Virus record (IMG/VR): IMGVR_UViG_3300007541_000021
Location: 265 to 64,264 of that record
DNA length: 64,000 nucleotides
DNA from: a virus
Taxonomy: Duplodnaviria; Caudoviricetes
Direction: 5' to 3' (one strand)
This document shows, in pieces, positions 49,331 through 60,218 of the stretch. The notes under the pieces are model-generated. The model was not told the origin of the DNA. It searched no databases and worked only from the letters and a program-made list of their open reading frames with translations. How positions within the stretch are numbered: the first letter of the stretch is position 1; every line of letters begins with the position of its first letter. The position numbers were made by a program, and so were the translations under genes.

Positions 49331-51037
49331 ATGGAAAATAGAAAACCATTCGATTGGATTAATGATGAATCGATCACATTCCTCCGTCGTGGATATTTGA
49401 GTGAGGGAGAACAACCCTTGGAACGTATCAAAATTATTGCTAACCACGCAGAAAAACTTTTAGGGATCGAAGGATTCGCCGATAAGTTTTATGATTATAT
49501 GGGTAAAGGATGGTATTCATTATCGTCCCCTGTTTGGGCAAACTTTGGAAAAAAAAGAGGCTTACCTGTAAGTTGTTTTGGTTCCAATGTTGGTGACAAC
49601 ATTGAATCCATTTTATACACACAAGCTGAAGTTGGTGAGATGAGTAAAATGGGTGGAGGTACTTCTGGTTACTTTGGTAATATTCGTGGTAGAGGGGCAA
49701 CCATTACAGATAATGGACATGCACCTGGTGCGGTTCATTTTATGAATTTATTCCAAAGCGTTGTTGACAATATTTCACAAGGATCAACACGTAGAGGTCG
49801 ATTTTCACCATATCTACCTGTAGAACATCCTGATATTATGGAATTTTTGGAAATCGGTACCGAGGGATTCCCAATTCAAGATCTTACTCACGCAGTTACT
49901 GTTACCGACCAATTCATGAAAGAAATGATTGATGGGGACGGAGAAAAAAGAGCTATTTGGGCTAAAGTAATTCAACGCAGAGGTGAGATTGGTTATCCAT
50001 ACATCATGTTTTCAGATACAATGAATAACAACGCACCTGAGGTTTATAAGGATAAAGGAATGAAAATTTATAACTCAAATTTGTGTTCTGAAATCGCTCT
50101 TCATAACTCAGAAGAAGAATCATTCGTTTGTGTTCTTTCCTCAATGAATTTACTTCACTACGAAGAATGGAAAGACACTGACGCAGTTGAAACTATGATT
50201 TATTTCTTGGATGCGGTGGTTACAGAATTCCTAAGTAAAATTGATGACATTCGTAATAGTGGTACTTTGGAAGGTCAAAGAGCTTTTTTCTATTTAGAGA
50301 AAGCATACAACTTTGCTAAAAGACAAAGAGCACTTGGTCTCGGAGTTTTGGGTTGGCACTCTTTATTACAATCAAAGAATCTTCCTTTTGACAGTAAGGA
50401 AACCGCAAGATTGAATGTTGAAGTGTTCAAACTAATCAAAGATAAATCTTACAAAGCATCTGCTGATTTGGCGGAAATGTTTGGTGAACCAGAGACTTTA
50501 GTTGGATACGGAAGACGTAACGTCACACTGAATGCTATTGCACCCACAACATCTTCAGCGTTTATTTTGGGACAAGTTTCACAATCCATTGAACCAATTT
50601 GGTCAAATGCGTATGTAAAAGACGTAGCTAAATTGAAGGTTACCATTAAAAATCCTGTTCTGAAAAAATTATTGGCTGAAATGAACAAGGACACAAAAGA
50701 AGTTTGGAATAGTATAAAAAAATATGACGGTTCCGTACAACACTTAGAATTTTTGACAGATGAACAGAAGGATGTTTTTAGAACTTTTGCTGAAATAAAC
50801 CAATCCTCAATTATTAATCAGGCTGCGGTGAGACAAGATTTTATTGATCAGGCACAATCATTGAATCTTATGGTTTCACCAGATATGCCAACTAAAGATG
50901 TTAATAAATTGTTGATTGATGCTTGGCAATTGGGTGTGAAAACTCTTTATTATCAACACTCTATGAATTCGGCTCAGGCTTTCGCAAGAAAGAAATTGAA
51001 TCTAAATGACCTTGAATGCGTGGCTTGTCAAGCATAA
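49331..51037 (+). CDS. nrdA: Ribonucleotide reductase alpha subunit (compact, no ATP cone)
   Basis: PVSCF, SNLCSEI, FVCVLSS, AIAPTTSS, KTLYY and C-terminal CVAC. Confidence 0.95.
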   Translation: MENRKPFDWINDESITFLRRGYLSEGEQPLERIKIIANHAEKLLGIEGFADKFYDYMGKGWYSLSSPVWANFGKKRGLPVSCFGSNVGDNIESILYTQAEVGEMSKMGGGTSGYFGNIRGRGATITDNGHAPGAVHFMNLFQSVVDNISQGSTRRGRFSPYLPVEHPDIMEFLEIGTEGFPIQDLTHAVTVTDQFMKEMIDGDGEKRAIWAKVIQRRGEIGYPYIMFSDTMNNNAPEVYKDKGMKIYNSNLCSEIALHNSEEESFVCVLSSMNLLHYEEWKDTDAVETMIYFLDAVVTEFLSKIDDIRNSGTLEGQRAFFYLEKAYNFAKRQRALGLGVLGWHSLLQSKNLPFDSKETARLNVEVFKLIKDKSYKASADLAEMFGEPETLVGYGRRNVTLNAIAPTTSSAFILGQVSQSIEPIWSNAYVKDVAKLKVTIKNPVLKKLLAEMNKDTKEVWNSIKKYDGSVQHLEFLTDEQKDVFRTFAEINQSSIINQAAVRQDFIDQAQSLNLMVSPDMPTKDVNKLLIDAWQLGVKTLYYQHSMNSAQAFARKKLNLNDLECVACQA

Positions 51038-51063
51038 TTATTCAATATAATATGTATTAGATG

Positions 51064-51095
51064 AAAAACCCGACATGAAAGTGTTGGGTTTTTTT
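51064..51095 (+). terminator. Rho-independent terminator (possibly bidirectional)
   Basis: AAAAACCCGACAT-gaaa-GTGTTGGGTTTTT. Confidence 0.75.
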
Positions 51096-51131
51096 ATATC
51101 CTAAAAAAAATAATGAGATATATTTATCAGT

Positions 51132-51593
51132 ATGGCAAATGGTAAAACATATGGATTCACATTCCCCTTTGTAGATTCTTTCGACGGAAAATACTTAGAT
51201 CTTACTGATTATCCTGCAGAAGAAGTACGAAGTAATCTTATTCATCTTCTACTTACTAGGAAGGGTTCAAGATACTTTTTACCTGATTTTGGGACAAGAT
51301 TATTAGAATATATCTTCGAACCACTTGACGGACCGACCTTTCAAAGTATCGAAGCTGAAATTAGAGATTCAGTTCAAAAATTCATGCCACAATTACAATT
51401 GACCAATATATCAATAACTTCTCCAACAGGAGAAGCTGCAGGACTAACTGCTACTGAAGCTGGTGGTGTTATTGATCCTGGTATCAGAAGATACAATCAA
51501 GATGTTGCTGAATACACTGCCACGGTTAGGATTGACTATTCTATAACAAATGACGTTTTCAATACAAAAGATTTTGTCATAATAAATATTTAA
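51132..51593 (+). CDS. Baseplate wedge protein gp25/GPW-like
   Basis: NL..LLLTRKGSR..LPDFGT.L..YIFEP motif. Confidence 0.9.
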   Translation: MANGKTYGFTFPFVDSFDGKYLDLTDYPAEEVRSNLIHLLLTRKGSRYFLPDFGTRLLEYIFEPLDGPTFQSIEAEIRDSVQKFMPQLQLTNISITSPTGEAAGLTATEAGGVIDPGIRRYNQDVAEYTATVRIDYSITNDVFNTKDFVIINI

Positions 51594-51597
51594 GAGT

Positions 51598-53439
51598 ATG
51601 GCTGAAAAAAGAATATCCTATACAGTAAGAGATTTTGCGGCAATTCGTCAGGAACTCGTTAATTACACAAAAACATACTATCCTGAACTAATTGATAATT
51701 TCAATGATGCTTCGGTGTTTTCTGTTTTTTTAGACCTTAATGCTGCAGTTGCAGACAATTTACACTACCACATAGACAGAAGTATTCAAGAAACAGTCCT
51801 TCAGTTTGCACAACAAAGATCGTCGATATATAACATTGCGAGAACTTACGGTTTAAAAATACCAGGACAGAGACCGTCTATAGCATTGGTGGACTTCTCA
51901 ATAACAGTTCCGGCATCTGGAGACAAAGAAGATGAACGATACTTGGGTACACTAAGAGCTGGTAGTCAGGTTATTGGTTCAGGACAAATATTTGAAAATT
52001 TATATGACGTAAACTTTGCATCACCATTCAATCAAGATGGTTTTCCAAATAGATTAAAAATTCCAAACTTTGACGCAAGTGGTAATTTGATAAATTATAC
52101 AATTACTAAACGAGAAACCGTCGTAAACGGTATAACCAAAGTTTTCAAAAGAGTTATCACACCCAATGATGTAAGACCATTCTTTGAGTTTTTCTTACCT
52201 GAAAAAAATGTATTAGGTGTAACTTCAATTATCCAAAGAGACGGAACTTCGTATTCAAATGTACCAACTCCTCAAGAGTTCTTGGGAGCACAAGGTAGAT
52301 GGTATGAAGTACCTGCACTTGCTGATGACAGAGTTTTCATTGAAGACCCTACCAAGCCTTCGGATGACCCGGCGATAAAAGTTGGTAGATACATTCAAAC
52401 ACAACAACGTTTCATTACTGAATATACTCCTGAAGGATTTTTGAAAATCACATTTGGAGGAGGAACAAACACTGCCGAAGACCAATTAAGAGAATTCACT
52501 GCTTTGGACGTACCATTGAAAATTCAAAGATATCAAAATAATATGATGTCTTTGGGGTCGACACCTAAGGCAAATACAACTTTATTCATCCAATATAGAA
52601 TAGGTGGGGGTTTAGGAACCAATTTAGGTGTCAATGTTATAAATCAAATTGGATCTGTAGACTTTTTTGTAAATGGACCTTCGGATTTGATTAACACTTC
52701 AGTAATCAATTCTTTGGCATGTAACAATATAACGGCGGCAATTGGTGGTGCGGGATATCCGTCCACAGAAGAAGTTAGAAATTACGTTACGTTTAATTTT
52801 TCAGCTCAAAACCGTGCTGTTACCATAAATGACTATGAGGCGATTATAAGAAATATGCCAGGTCAATTTGGTGCACCTGCAAAAGTATCTATTACAGAAA
52901 ATAATAACAAAATTCTGATCAACGTTTTGTCATATGATTCTTCAGGGAATTTGACTTCTGAGGTTTCACAGACAATGAAAAAGAATTTGGCGGAATATCT
53001 CTCGAATTATAGAATGATCAATGATTATGTACAAATCGGAAATGCACAAGTTATAGATTTAGCGGTGGATGTACAAGCGGTCTTAGATTCAACACAAAAC
53101 CAAGGTGCCGTAATCTCCAATATTATTGATAGAGTAACAACATTCTTTAGTCCAACAATCAGAGAAATGGGAGAAGATATTTTGGTATCTGAATTAAGTC
53201 GTCTGATTCAATCAGAAAATGGTGTCATAAGTGTTGGAGAAATTAAGTTATACAATAAAGTAGGTGGACAATATAGTTCATCACAAACTTCTATGCCATA
53301 TTCTGATGTTGCAACAAAAGAAATTTCATTAGTTGATAATACAATCTTTGCAGAACCTAATCAGATTTATCAAATTAGATTTCCGGCTAAAGACGTTACC
53401 GTCAGAGTCAAGAATTATCAGACAACTAATTTTTCCTAA
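51598..53439 (+). CDS. Baseplate wedge protein (T4 gp6/baseplate J-like)
   Basis: RDF..IR..L, YRIGGG..TN and AQNRAVTINDYE motifs. Confidence 0.85.
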   Translation: MAEKRISYTVRDFAAIRQELVNYTKTYYPELIDNFNDASVFSVFLDLNAAVADNLHYHIDRSIQETVLQFAQQRSSIYNIARTYGLKIPGQRPSIALVDFSITVPASGDKEDERYLGTLRAGSQVIGSGQIFENLYDVNFASPFNQDGFPNRLKIPNFDASGNLINYTITKRETVVNGITKVFKRVITPNDVRPFFEFFLPEKNVLGVTSIIQRDGTSYSNVPTPQEFLGAQGRWYEVPALADDRVFIEDPTKPSDDPAIKVGRYIQTQQRFITEYTPEGFLKITFGGGTNTAEDQLREFTALDVPLKIQRYQNNMMSLGSTPKANTTLFIQYRIGGGLGTNLGVNVINQIGSVDFFVNGPSDLINTSVINSLACNNITAAIGGAGYPSTEEVRNYVTFNFSAQNRAVTINDYEAIIRNMPGQFGAPAKVSITENNNKILINVLSYDSSGNLTSEVSQTMKKNLAEYLSNYRMINDYVQIGNAQVIDLAVDVQAVLDSTQNQGAVISNIIDRVTTFFSPTIREMGEDILVSELSRLIQSENGVISVGEIKLYNKVGGQYSSSQTSMPYSDVATKEISLVDNTIFAEPNQIYQIRFPAKDVTVRVKNYQTTNFS

Positions 53440-53514
53440 TCTATAATTTTCAGAACTTTCAATTACTTTATATAAAATAGTGGATAAACTATTTATCATA
53501 GAAAGTTTCTTTTA

Positions 53515-56500
53515 ATGTCCAAATCATATAGAATAAGAACCCAAGTAGGTGTAGACAGACAAATCAATGTTCAATTGGATCAAGACTTTGATCAAATTGA
53601 GATTTTATCATTGAAGATTAGGAGTGAGGATGTCTACACCAGAATGTGTGCAGATTACGGAGTAGTCGTAGGAAGGGTTTTTACAAACGGAGGGTATGGG
53701 GTCCCAAATGCAAAATTATCAATATTTGTTCCCATAACAGACGAGGATTTTAACAATGAAATAATACGAGATCTTTATCCGTATCAAACTATAGAAGATA
53801 CAAATGAAGATGGTTATAGGTATAATCTTCTTCCATATGAAAGAAATCACGCAGGACATGTTCCAACCGGAACATTCCCAAGTAAAAATGACATTCTTAC
53901 AAATCCTGCTCTAATTCAAGTTTATGACAAATATTACAAATATACGGTCAAAACAAATGGTAGTGGTGACTTCTTAATAATGGGGGTTCCTATAGGGACT
54001 CAAACTTTGGTAATGAATTTGGACCTGTCAGATATGGGACCATTCTCTCTTTCACCTCAGGACTTGGTCAGAATGGGAAGAGCAAGTTCAAGTGATTTCA
54101 ATACGGCAGATTTCAATTCATCGGTAGATTTTCAGTCATTACCTCAGATAGTAACCCTAAATCAGAGTATAGATGTTCAACCATTTTGGGGGCAACCTGA
54201 ACTTTGCGACGTTGGAATTATACGACACGACTTTAATTTGGGGGATGTAGGTGTAAGTATCGAACCTACAGCAATGTTCATGGGTTCATTAACTACAAAC
54301 ATTGACGATAAAGCAATTGCAAACGGATGTAGACCACCATCTGAGATGGGGAACCTTTGTAACCTAACGACAGCGCCTGGAGAAATAGTTGCAATCAGAC
54401 AAACTATATTTCAAGATAGTAATGGGTTACCAATATTGGAACAAGCAGAATTACCGAATGGAGGTAAAGTCATCGACGAAGAAGGAACTTGGTTGTTAGA
54501 AGTCCCAATGAATTTGGATTATGTAACAACAAATGAGTTTGGTGAACAAATATTGAGTAACGATCCTAAGATCGGTGTACCAACGAAAGGAAAATATAGG
54601 TTTAAAATAAAATATGGACAATCACCTGATTTAGAACTTTCCGAAACGAGACGTGCGTATTTCTTAGTTCCAAACGTGAAAGAATATGGTTGGACAAATT
54701 CTCTGTCTGACCCATATTATAGTTTGAATACAAATTCTTCAAACTACAAAGATTTATTAGGTTCATATTATTTTGGACTTGATTGGTCTGGTTATACGAA
54801 TGCACAAGCGGCTGTAAATTGTGAAGACACATTTTATGAGTTTGTATACAATAAAGTTTATACAGTTTCTGGGCTTATTGACCAATATTTTAAAGGATTG
54901 AATAGGGGTAATTTCATTGGTATCAAAGAAATTACAGATTCAGAATGTGCTTCGGAAAATAACAAATATCCTGCAACAGATGGTGTAAGGAATTTCGACT
55001 TATTATTTTTTATTGTTAATATTTTACTTACAATCTTATCTCCATTAGCAGTTGTCCTTATACCTGTATTACATTTTATTGCCCAATTTTGGCCAATATT
55101 CAGAACCATAGTAAAATGGGTATTACCATTATATTGGTCGGCTCAAATTGTCACTATGCTAGTAGCTATTGCAGGTTCCGCAGGTATTGCATGGGGATTA
55201 ATAGGTCAGGTTATTTTCAACGGTTTGTTACTTATCGCTTGGAATAGACTTATTGCTCCGCTTTTGGATAATTTTACATTAAAACAATTGAAGTTACCAA
55301 TGTTGAGTTATCCTGACTGTGAAGCTTGTGATTGTGAAATTTTAGATTTGGATTTGCAATTTCCTACGTTCAAAATTCCGGGTTATGAGTTTGGTACTAA
55401 TATTAGTTATGGAGATTATGACATGTCATATCGAGGTAGTAATTCTCTGTTGATCTCTTCGAATAGTTCAATAACTTGGGGAGCCCTTATCGGTGACCCT
55501 GGAAATACTGAACCCCAAGGAATTGATTCTAGTTTATATCCAAGTGGGTCACAAAGTAACAGAAATTCCAAATATCAAGCTGATATTGCGGGATTTCAAT
55601 ATTCTTTAGGAGGATATCCTATTGGTGCATCCGTGGGAATGAGTATTGTTGAGGCACCAAGTCAGCCTATCACCACAACATTGCAAGCGAATGTAATTTT
55701 ATCTCAATCGATGAATCTTGCCAATATTAGAGAGAGATATTTTGAAGATTCTAATGTCATCCAAACCACAGTCTCTAATACAAATTTTGTTTCAGATTCT
55801 GTAACCGATAATGTAATGGTTTTATTGATGCAACCTGGAACATATATTCCTAATGGTACTCTTATGAGTTTTGTAGATCCAACATCAATTACTGATTTGA
55901 ATCTTTCTTCTACAACTCAAAATCAATTCGGTAATTTTTCTATTACGGGTACGTCTCAAACTGGTGTTGTTTCCAAAACTGTGAGTTATATACAAACAAA
56001 CGCAGTACCCGCCACGGCAAATTTATATATAACAGGAAATACTGCGGAAACTTATTATAAACGAGCTACAGGTATTGAATATTTTCAAGTATTGACTGGT
56101 ATGACGGCTCTAGATGTGGAAAATACATTGAGTTCATCAAGTTCACTTTTACGAAAATATTTCATTGATAAAACCCAATATATTGGATACACAGACAGTG
56201 CAGGTAATTCCAGAAATGTTACACTAAATTCACTAAAATCTATTGGTGATACTTGGGAAGATTATATTTTCTATTTTGTAGTTAGAGGTGTTGATCCTTA
56301 TACAGAGAGACAAAATATTAAATATGATTTATCTAAATTGTTTGGTTTTCCACTAGGAAGTAACAACGTATCCGTAGAAGGTTCTTATTATTTGAATATA
56401 CCGATCCAACCCAACTCCGGTAGTGGATCGTGGAGGACAAATGCTAAATCACCTGAGAGCCATCAGACATCATATAGTACATCACCACTTTATCATGTTC

Positions 56501-58491
56501 CTTTTAATTTTTCTGTATCTCAGCAAGATTTTCTGTCAGTAACCACAAATTCTATAAGTAATTATTCATCATTAGACAAAGACCAACTAGGTTTCACACC
56601 TCATCCGAGCTATTATACATTACAGAATTTTATGAATAATTCATATTCATTTGGCGGTTCTTTATCTGATGATGGAGTTATGAATCAATTAGTACTTTTC
56701 CAAGGTATAGGTTCATCAGCACTTTACCAAGGAGTAATTGAGGGTGGTTCTTTAGCTGCAGGACAAAATGCAAAATTTTCAATTTACTCACCAAAATATT
56801 CAAATAATTTGTCGGTTACGATTACATATAATAATTTGTCATCTAATCCCAAATTAGTTTTGAGGTCTGATAGATTACCAACTTCAGATGTTTTAAACAA
56901 TTCAGGTAATAACTCCTTTAGTCTATATTTAAATCCGGACTTTGCAATTTATTTATTAGATGATAATCAACAAGAACCTGCTATTGTTTTACCGGGTAAT
57001 TTTGATTTGGGGCAGCGAGTCGATGGTCAGGGGTTGGATAATAATTTTGATCGAGTTATTACTTCATTTAGTTGTACTGGAATGGTACCCTTGTCTTGTT
57101 ACGAAACAGATTCAAATGGTGGTTTGATAATAAAAACCCCATGTCCTGAAAACGAAAATCCGGTAAGAGTAAAAGATGGTTGTTACGATTTGTTATCTCC
57201 AGATGAAAGAGGTAGTTATATCAGAACGATTAGACCTGCGATTGAAAACTATTTTGAATGGTTACAAAGATTTAGATTAACATTTGCATTTTGTCGCGGT
57301 GTATTCTCCCACATTTTTGTTAATTCATGGATAAATGGAAATTTATATGCATTTCCATTCAAAAACAAACCAAGTTTTGATGAGAATAACATGTTACAAG
57401 TAAGACAAGTAACAGGTGTTGCACCCTTTCAACAAGTAAGATATTCTTTCTGTGCCGATACTATTGTATTTGACCCGAATTCAAATAATTTTTATTACAG
57501 ATCAAGTCCTTGGGACAGTAATAGTTCAAGTTTTATTGGTAAATTATCACCAACATCAACTGCCGGTGGTATAATACCTGGTATTGACATTGAACCACTT
57601 AACAAATATAACTTGTTATATCCAACTACCATTATGGATTTGGGTCCAAAGTACATATGGAGTAAAGATGTTATCCTTTCACCTAACTATCACGGTTACC
57701 AAATGGATAACCTCAATTCTACATCATGGAATGAAATCGATAATTTATCACAAATTTTCATAATTTCTCGATTAGTAAATGTAACATTCCTCCAACAAAT
57801 TTTATCATCGGGACAAGCAGCAATTTCATCATTTTTTTCAAGAGATGGTCAAAGAATTGACGGAGATTATGCTCAGATGTTACAAATTAATTCACAATAC
57901 GGAATATCCCCCTTCAATGAAGGAAACTATGTCGATGACCCTGCGGTTCCTGGGGATAATCCAATATACATATCAACCACAAATGATGGAACATCTGTTT
58001 TCGGATTGTTTTATAATTCATACCCATCTGATAGAGATTTAATTTCACCACGTAGAATTGACAGAAATATCACAGGAGCTACACTGACCGCCGATTATTT
58101 GGAAGTAAAATCCCAAACTGTTCCTTTCTATCAGTGGAGAAATAATGCTTATACTCCTCTTGGAGTTTCTGCTGAGCCTTCAATCTTTGGTAACGATCGT
58201 AACACATGGTACTCACAGATGTCAAATTTTCGTGGCCTAAATATCTTATCTCGAAAATATCAAGAATTGGATAGGTTGAACACCCCTTTCTTTATAGGAA
58301 ATAACGGTCAGATTGAGAACAAACTCGGGTATATCTTCCAACGAAATGCTGTGGGAGAATATGTTCCACAAAATACTGGTGGAACCAATTTTACAACATT
58401 GACTTCCGCACCATGGTATTTTTATTTTGGACTTAAGACTGGTGGAAGTGCTATGGATAAATTTAGACAACTTTATATTGGTGGAGAATGA
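53515..58491 (+). CDS. Large baseplate-associated structural protein with internal hydrophobic segment
   Basis: 1658 aa after gp6-like gene; YGVVVGRV...GVPNAKLSIF beta-sandwich-like start; hydrophobic stretch at about 55000-55266. Confidence 0.6.
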   Translation: MSKSYRIRTQVGVDRQINVQLDQDFDQIEILSLKIRSEDVYTRMCADYGVVVGRVFTNGGYGVPNAKLSIFVPITDEDFNNEIIRDLYPYQTIEDTNEDGYRYNLLPYERNHAGHVPTGTFPSKNDILTNPALIQVYDKYYKYTVKTNGSGDFLIMGVPIGTQTLVMNLDLSDMGPFSLSPQDLVRMGRASSSDFNTADFNSSVDFQSLPQIVTLNQSIDVQPFWGQPELCDVGIIRHDFNLGDVGVSIEPTAMFMGSLTTNIDDKAIANGCRPPSEMGNLCNLTTAPGEIVAIRQTIFQDSNGLPILEQAELPNGGKVIDEEGTWLLEVPMNLDYVTTNEFGEQILSNDPKIGVPTKGKYRFKIKYGQSPDLELSETRRAYFLVPNVKEYGWTNSLSDPYYSLNTNSSNYKDLLGSYYFGLDWSGYTNAQAAVNCEDTFYEFVYNKVYTVSGLIDQYFKGLNRGNFIGIKEITDSECASENNKYPATDGVRNFDLLFFIVNILLTILSPLAVVLIPVLHFIAQFWPIFRTIVKWVLPLYWSAQIVTMLVAIAGSAGIAWGLIGQVIFNGLLLIAWNRLIAPLLDNFTLKQLKLPMLSYPDCEACDCEILDLDLQFPTFKIPGYEFGTNISYGDYDMSYRGSNSLLISSNSSITWGALIGDPGNTEPQGIDSSLYPSGSQSNRNSKYQADIAGFQYSLGGYPIGASVGMSIVEAPSQPITTTLQANVILSQSMNLANIRERYFEDSNVIQTTVSNTNFVSDSVTDNVMVLLMQPGTYIPNGTLMSFVDPTSITDLNLSSTTQNQFGNFSITGTSQTGVVSKTVSYIQTNAVPATANLYITGNTAETYYKRATGIEYFQVLTGMTALDVENTLSSSSSLLRKYFIDKTQYIGYTDSAGNSRNVTLNSLKSIGDTWEDYIFYFVVRGVDPYTERQNIKYDLSKLFGFPLGSNNVSVEGSYYLNIPIQPNSGSGSWRTNAKSPESHQTSYSTSPLYHVPFNFSVSQQDFLSVTTNSISNYSSLDKDQLGFTPHPSYYTLQNFMNNSYSFGGSLSDDGVMNQLVLFQGIGSSALYQGVIEGGSLAAGQNAKFSIYSPKYSNNLSVTITYNNLSSNPKLVLRSDRLPTSDVLNNSGNNSFSLYLNPDFAIYLLDDNQQEPAIVLPGNFDLGQRVDGQGLDNNFDRVITSFSCTGMVPLSCYETDSNGGLIIKTPCPENENPVRVKDGCYDLLSPDERGSYIRTIRPAIENYFEWLQRFRLTFAFCRGVFSHIFVNSWINGNLYAFPFKNKPSFDENNMLQVRQVTGVAPFQQVRYSFCADTIVFDPNSNNFYYRSSPWDSNSSSFIGKLSPTSTAGGIIPGIDIEPLNKYNLLYPTTIMDLGPKYIWSKDVILSPNYHGYQMDNLNSTSWNEIDNLSQIFIISRLVNVTFLQQILSSGQAAISSFFSRDGQRIDGDYAQMLQINSQYGISPFNEGNYVDDPAVPGDNPIYISTTNDGTSVFGLFYNSYPSDRDLISPRRIDRNITGATLTADYLEVKSQTVPFYQWRNNAYTPLGVSAEPSIFGNDRNTWYSQMSNFRGLNILSRKYQELDRLNTPFFIGNNGQIENKLGYIFQRNAVGEYVPQNTGGTNFTTLTSAPWYFYFGLKTGGSAMDKFRQLYIGGE

Positions 58492-60218
58492 ATAAGAATC
58501 AGTATAATGTAATAAGGCCGGATTTACAATTTGCTTCCGCACCTGATAGTGATATTTCTATCAACACTTATTTGGATCAGACACAATCCGAGGTGATTGA
58601 TTATGATAGAACAGTTACTGTCAACTTAGCGACTCTTTTTGATAATGAACGAAATAGTTCAACAACCTTTAGACCTATCCTTAAGATTTCATACATTTAT
58701 GAAAATTCGTTGGTCGGATCTACGCAATATGAAATTTATCGAGACAGATTATATTATGTAAATCCTGAACAATCATCACCATTACTTGGTGGAAACAACA
58801 TATGGAGTGGGTTACCTTCTTATCAAGAATTTGAATTCATTAGAACCGACGAAACCAATCCACAAATCAATTACAAAGCGATTAGTGCTTCCTCATACAA
58901 TTGGAGTATGGTAATATCTTATCCATATTTTAATGACCCGAATGTTCCTATGAATTATTATTTTGAGGATAATAGTTCGTTATCTCCTTGGACATCTGGT
59001 GATGGGATACCATTTTACATTTCTACAGGAAGTGATAATGGATTACCAATCATTCAGTTTAATTGTATTGTAAAACATGGATTGGCTGAAGGAGAATGGG
59101 TTGAATTGTCATTTGATTATCAGGGTACCTCAACATTTCAAGTGTTTAGTTTAGGAAATGGTACTGAAGGATCAGACGAATATATTTTTAACTTAGATAA
59201 TGTTGGTTATACAGGGACCACGTTTGACTCAGGAAACCAAGGAACCTTCAAAAGAATTTATGATATAAATAATATTACCGAATCTAAGTCTTCATATTAC
59301 GTCCGAGTCCATAAGGTTATCACTAATCCCCAAGACAGTTTGATAACATCCAACGGGTTTGAATTGAATTCATTCCAAGATTATGCCGCATATCAATTTT
59401 CATCACTAACACCAAATAATGTTGCCTCCATAGCTAAATGGCAAAGTTCGAACAGTTATAATGTTACTGTTGCTAGGGACTTGGATATTACTGAAAGATT
59501 GTTAGATAATAACAATAGACCTGTGAGTCAAATATTTGTAACTTTCCAAAATGTTGGTCATTATGGGTGGTGGAATAAACTGAGACGAGGTTGGGAATTT
59601 AACATGTTACCAGGTCAGACAAACCCATGGTGGGATCTCACCAACGGACTGGCAGTTGAGTCAAACTTAACGACTAACTATACAAGAAATGTAAATGGAT
59701 CAACCGTATGTGTGAACCCACCAGATTGTTATACTTTCACAGTCAATTTACCTCGAGTTAGCGGAGACACACTTTATGGTGATTGGTGTGAATTCAATAA
59801 TATTACACAAAGAGAAAGGGTTGTTTCAAAGTACATGAATAAGTTGACGTATTATACCAAAGGATTTGATGTGTCAGGAGAACCAACCTCTAACCCTAAT
59901 GGATATTACTATCAAACACATTATCCAATTACTTTGAAAGTATTTTCTGATTACGTAGAATCTGCGGATTCTGATTTTGTCGAAGGGGTGCCAAATTATG
60001 CTTTTTACAGTCAATCCTTACAGAGTTGGTTGTGGAGAGATTTATATCCTTTAGGTTTTATTGACACAAACGGAGATGGGGTTGATTATCCATTTTTGAA
60101 TGATAGTCATTATCCATTTACAAATATTTTATTCAGATTGTATCCCGAAGGGGCGTCCTTTGACATAAACTCATTATATTCGGTTGTACCCGAACCAATT
60201 ATCGATGGCTGTGAATAA
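58488..60218 (+). CDS. Putative structural protein
   Basis: Overlapping start/stop with previous gene; aromatic and Asn/Thr-rich composition. Confidence 0.6.
   Translation: MNKNQYNVIRPDLQFASAPDSDISINTYLDQTQSEVIDYDRTVTVNLATLFDNERNSSTTFRPILKISYIYENSLVGSTQYEIYRDRLYYVNPEQSSPLLGGNNIWSGLPSYQEFEFIRTDETNPQINYKAISASSYNWSMVISYPYFNDPNVPMNYYFEDNSSLSPWTSGDGIPFYISTGSDNGLPIIQFNCIVKHGLAEGEWVELSFDYQGTSTFQVFSLGNGTEGSDEYIFNLDNVGYTGTTFDSGNQGTFKRIYDINNITESKSSYYVRVHKVITNPQDSLITSNGFELNSFQDYAAYQFSSLTPNNVASIAKWQSSNSYNVTVARDLDITERLLDNNNRPVSQIFVTFQNVGHYGWWNKLRRGWEFNMLPGQTNPWWDLTNGLAVESNLTTNYTRNVNGSTVCVNPPDCYTFTVNLPRVSGDTLYGDWCEFNNITQRERVVSKYMNKLTYYTKGFDVSGEPTSNPNGYYYQTHYPITLKVFSDYVESADSDFVEGVPNYAFYSQSLQSWLWRDLYPLGFIDTNGDGVDYPFLNDSHYPFTNILFRLYPEGASFDINSLYSVVPEPIIDGCE

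Noticed and set aside
13021-51037. Inteins or introns in polB, helicases, RecA or RNR
   Set aside because: Catalytic motifs are normally spaced and no splice-junction or homing endonuclease motifs were seen
22491-53439. Tailocin or extracellular contractile injection system locus
   Set aside because: Interleaved with DNA polymerase, helicase, SSB, RNR and neck genes, as in a complete phage
20640-60204. Longer upstream starts given in the ORF track (20640, 22402, 46567, 60184)
   Set aside because: They overlap neighbouring genes, or include or abut the putative promoter motif; downstream ATGs (20661, 22369, 46636, 60205) fit better
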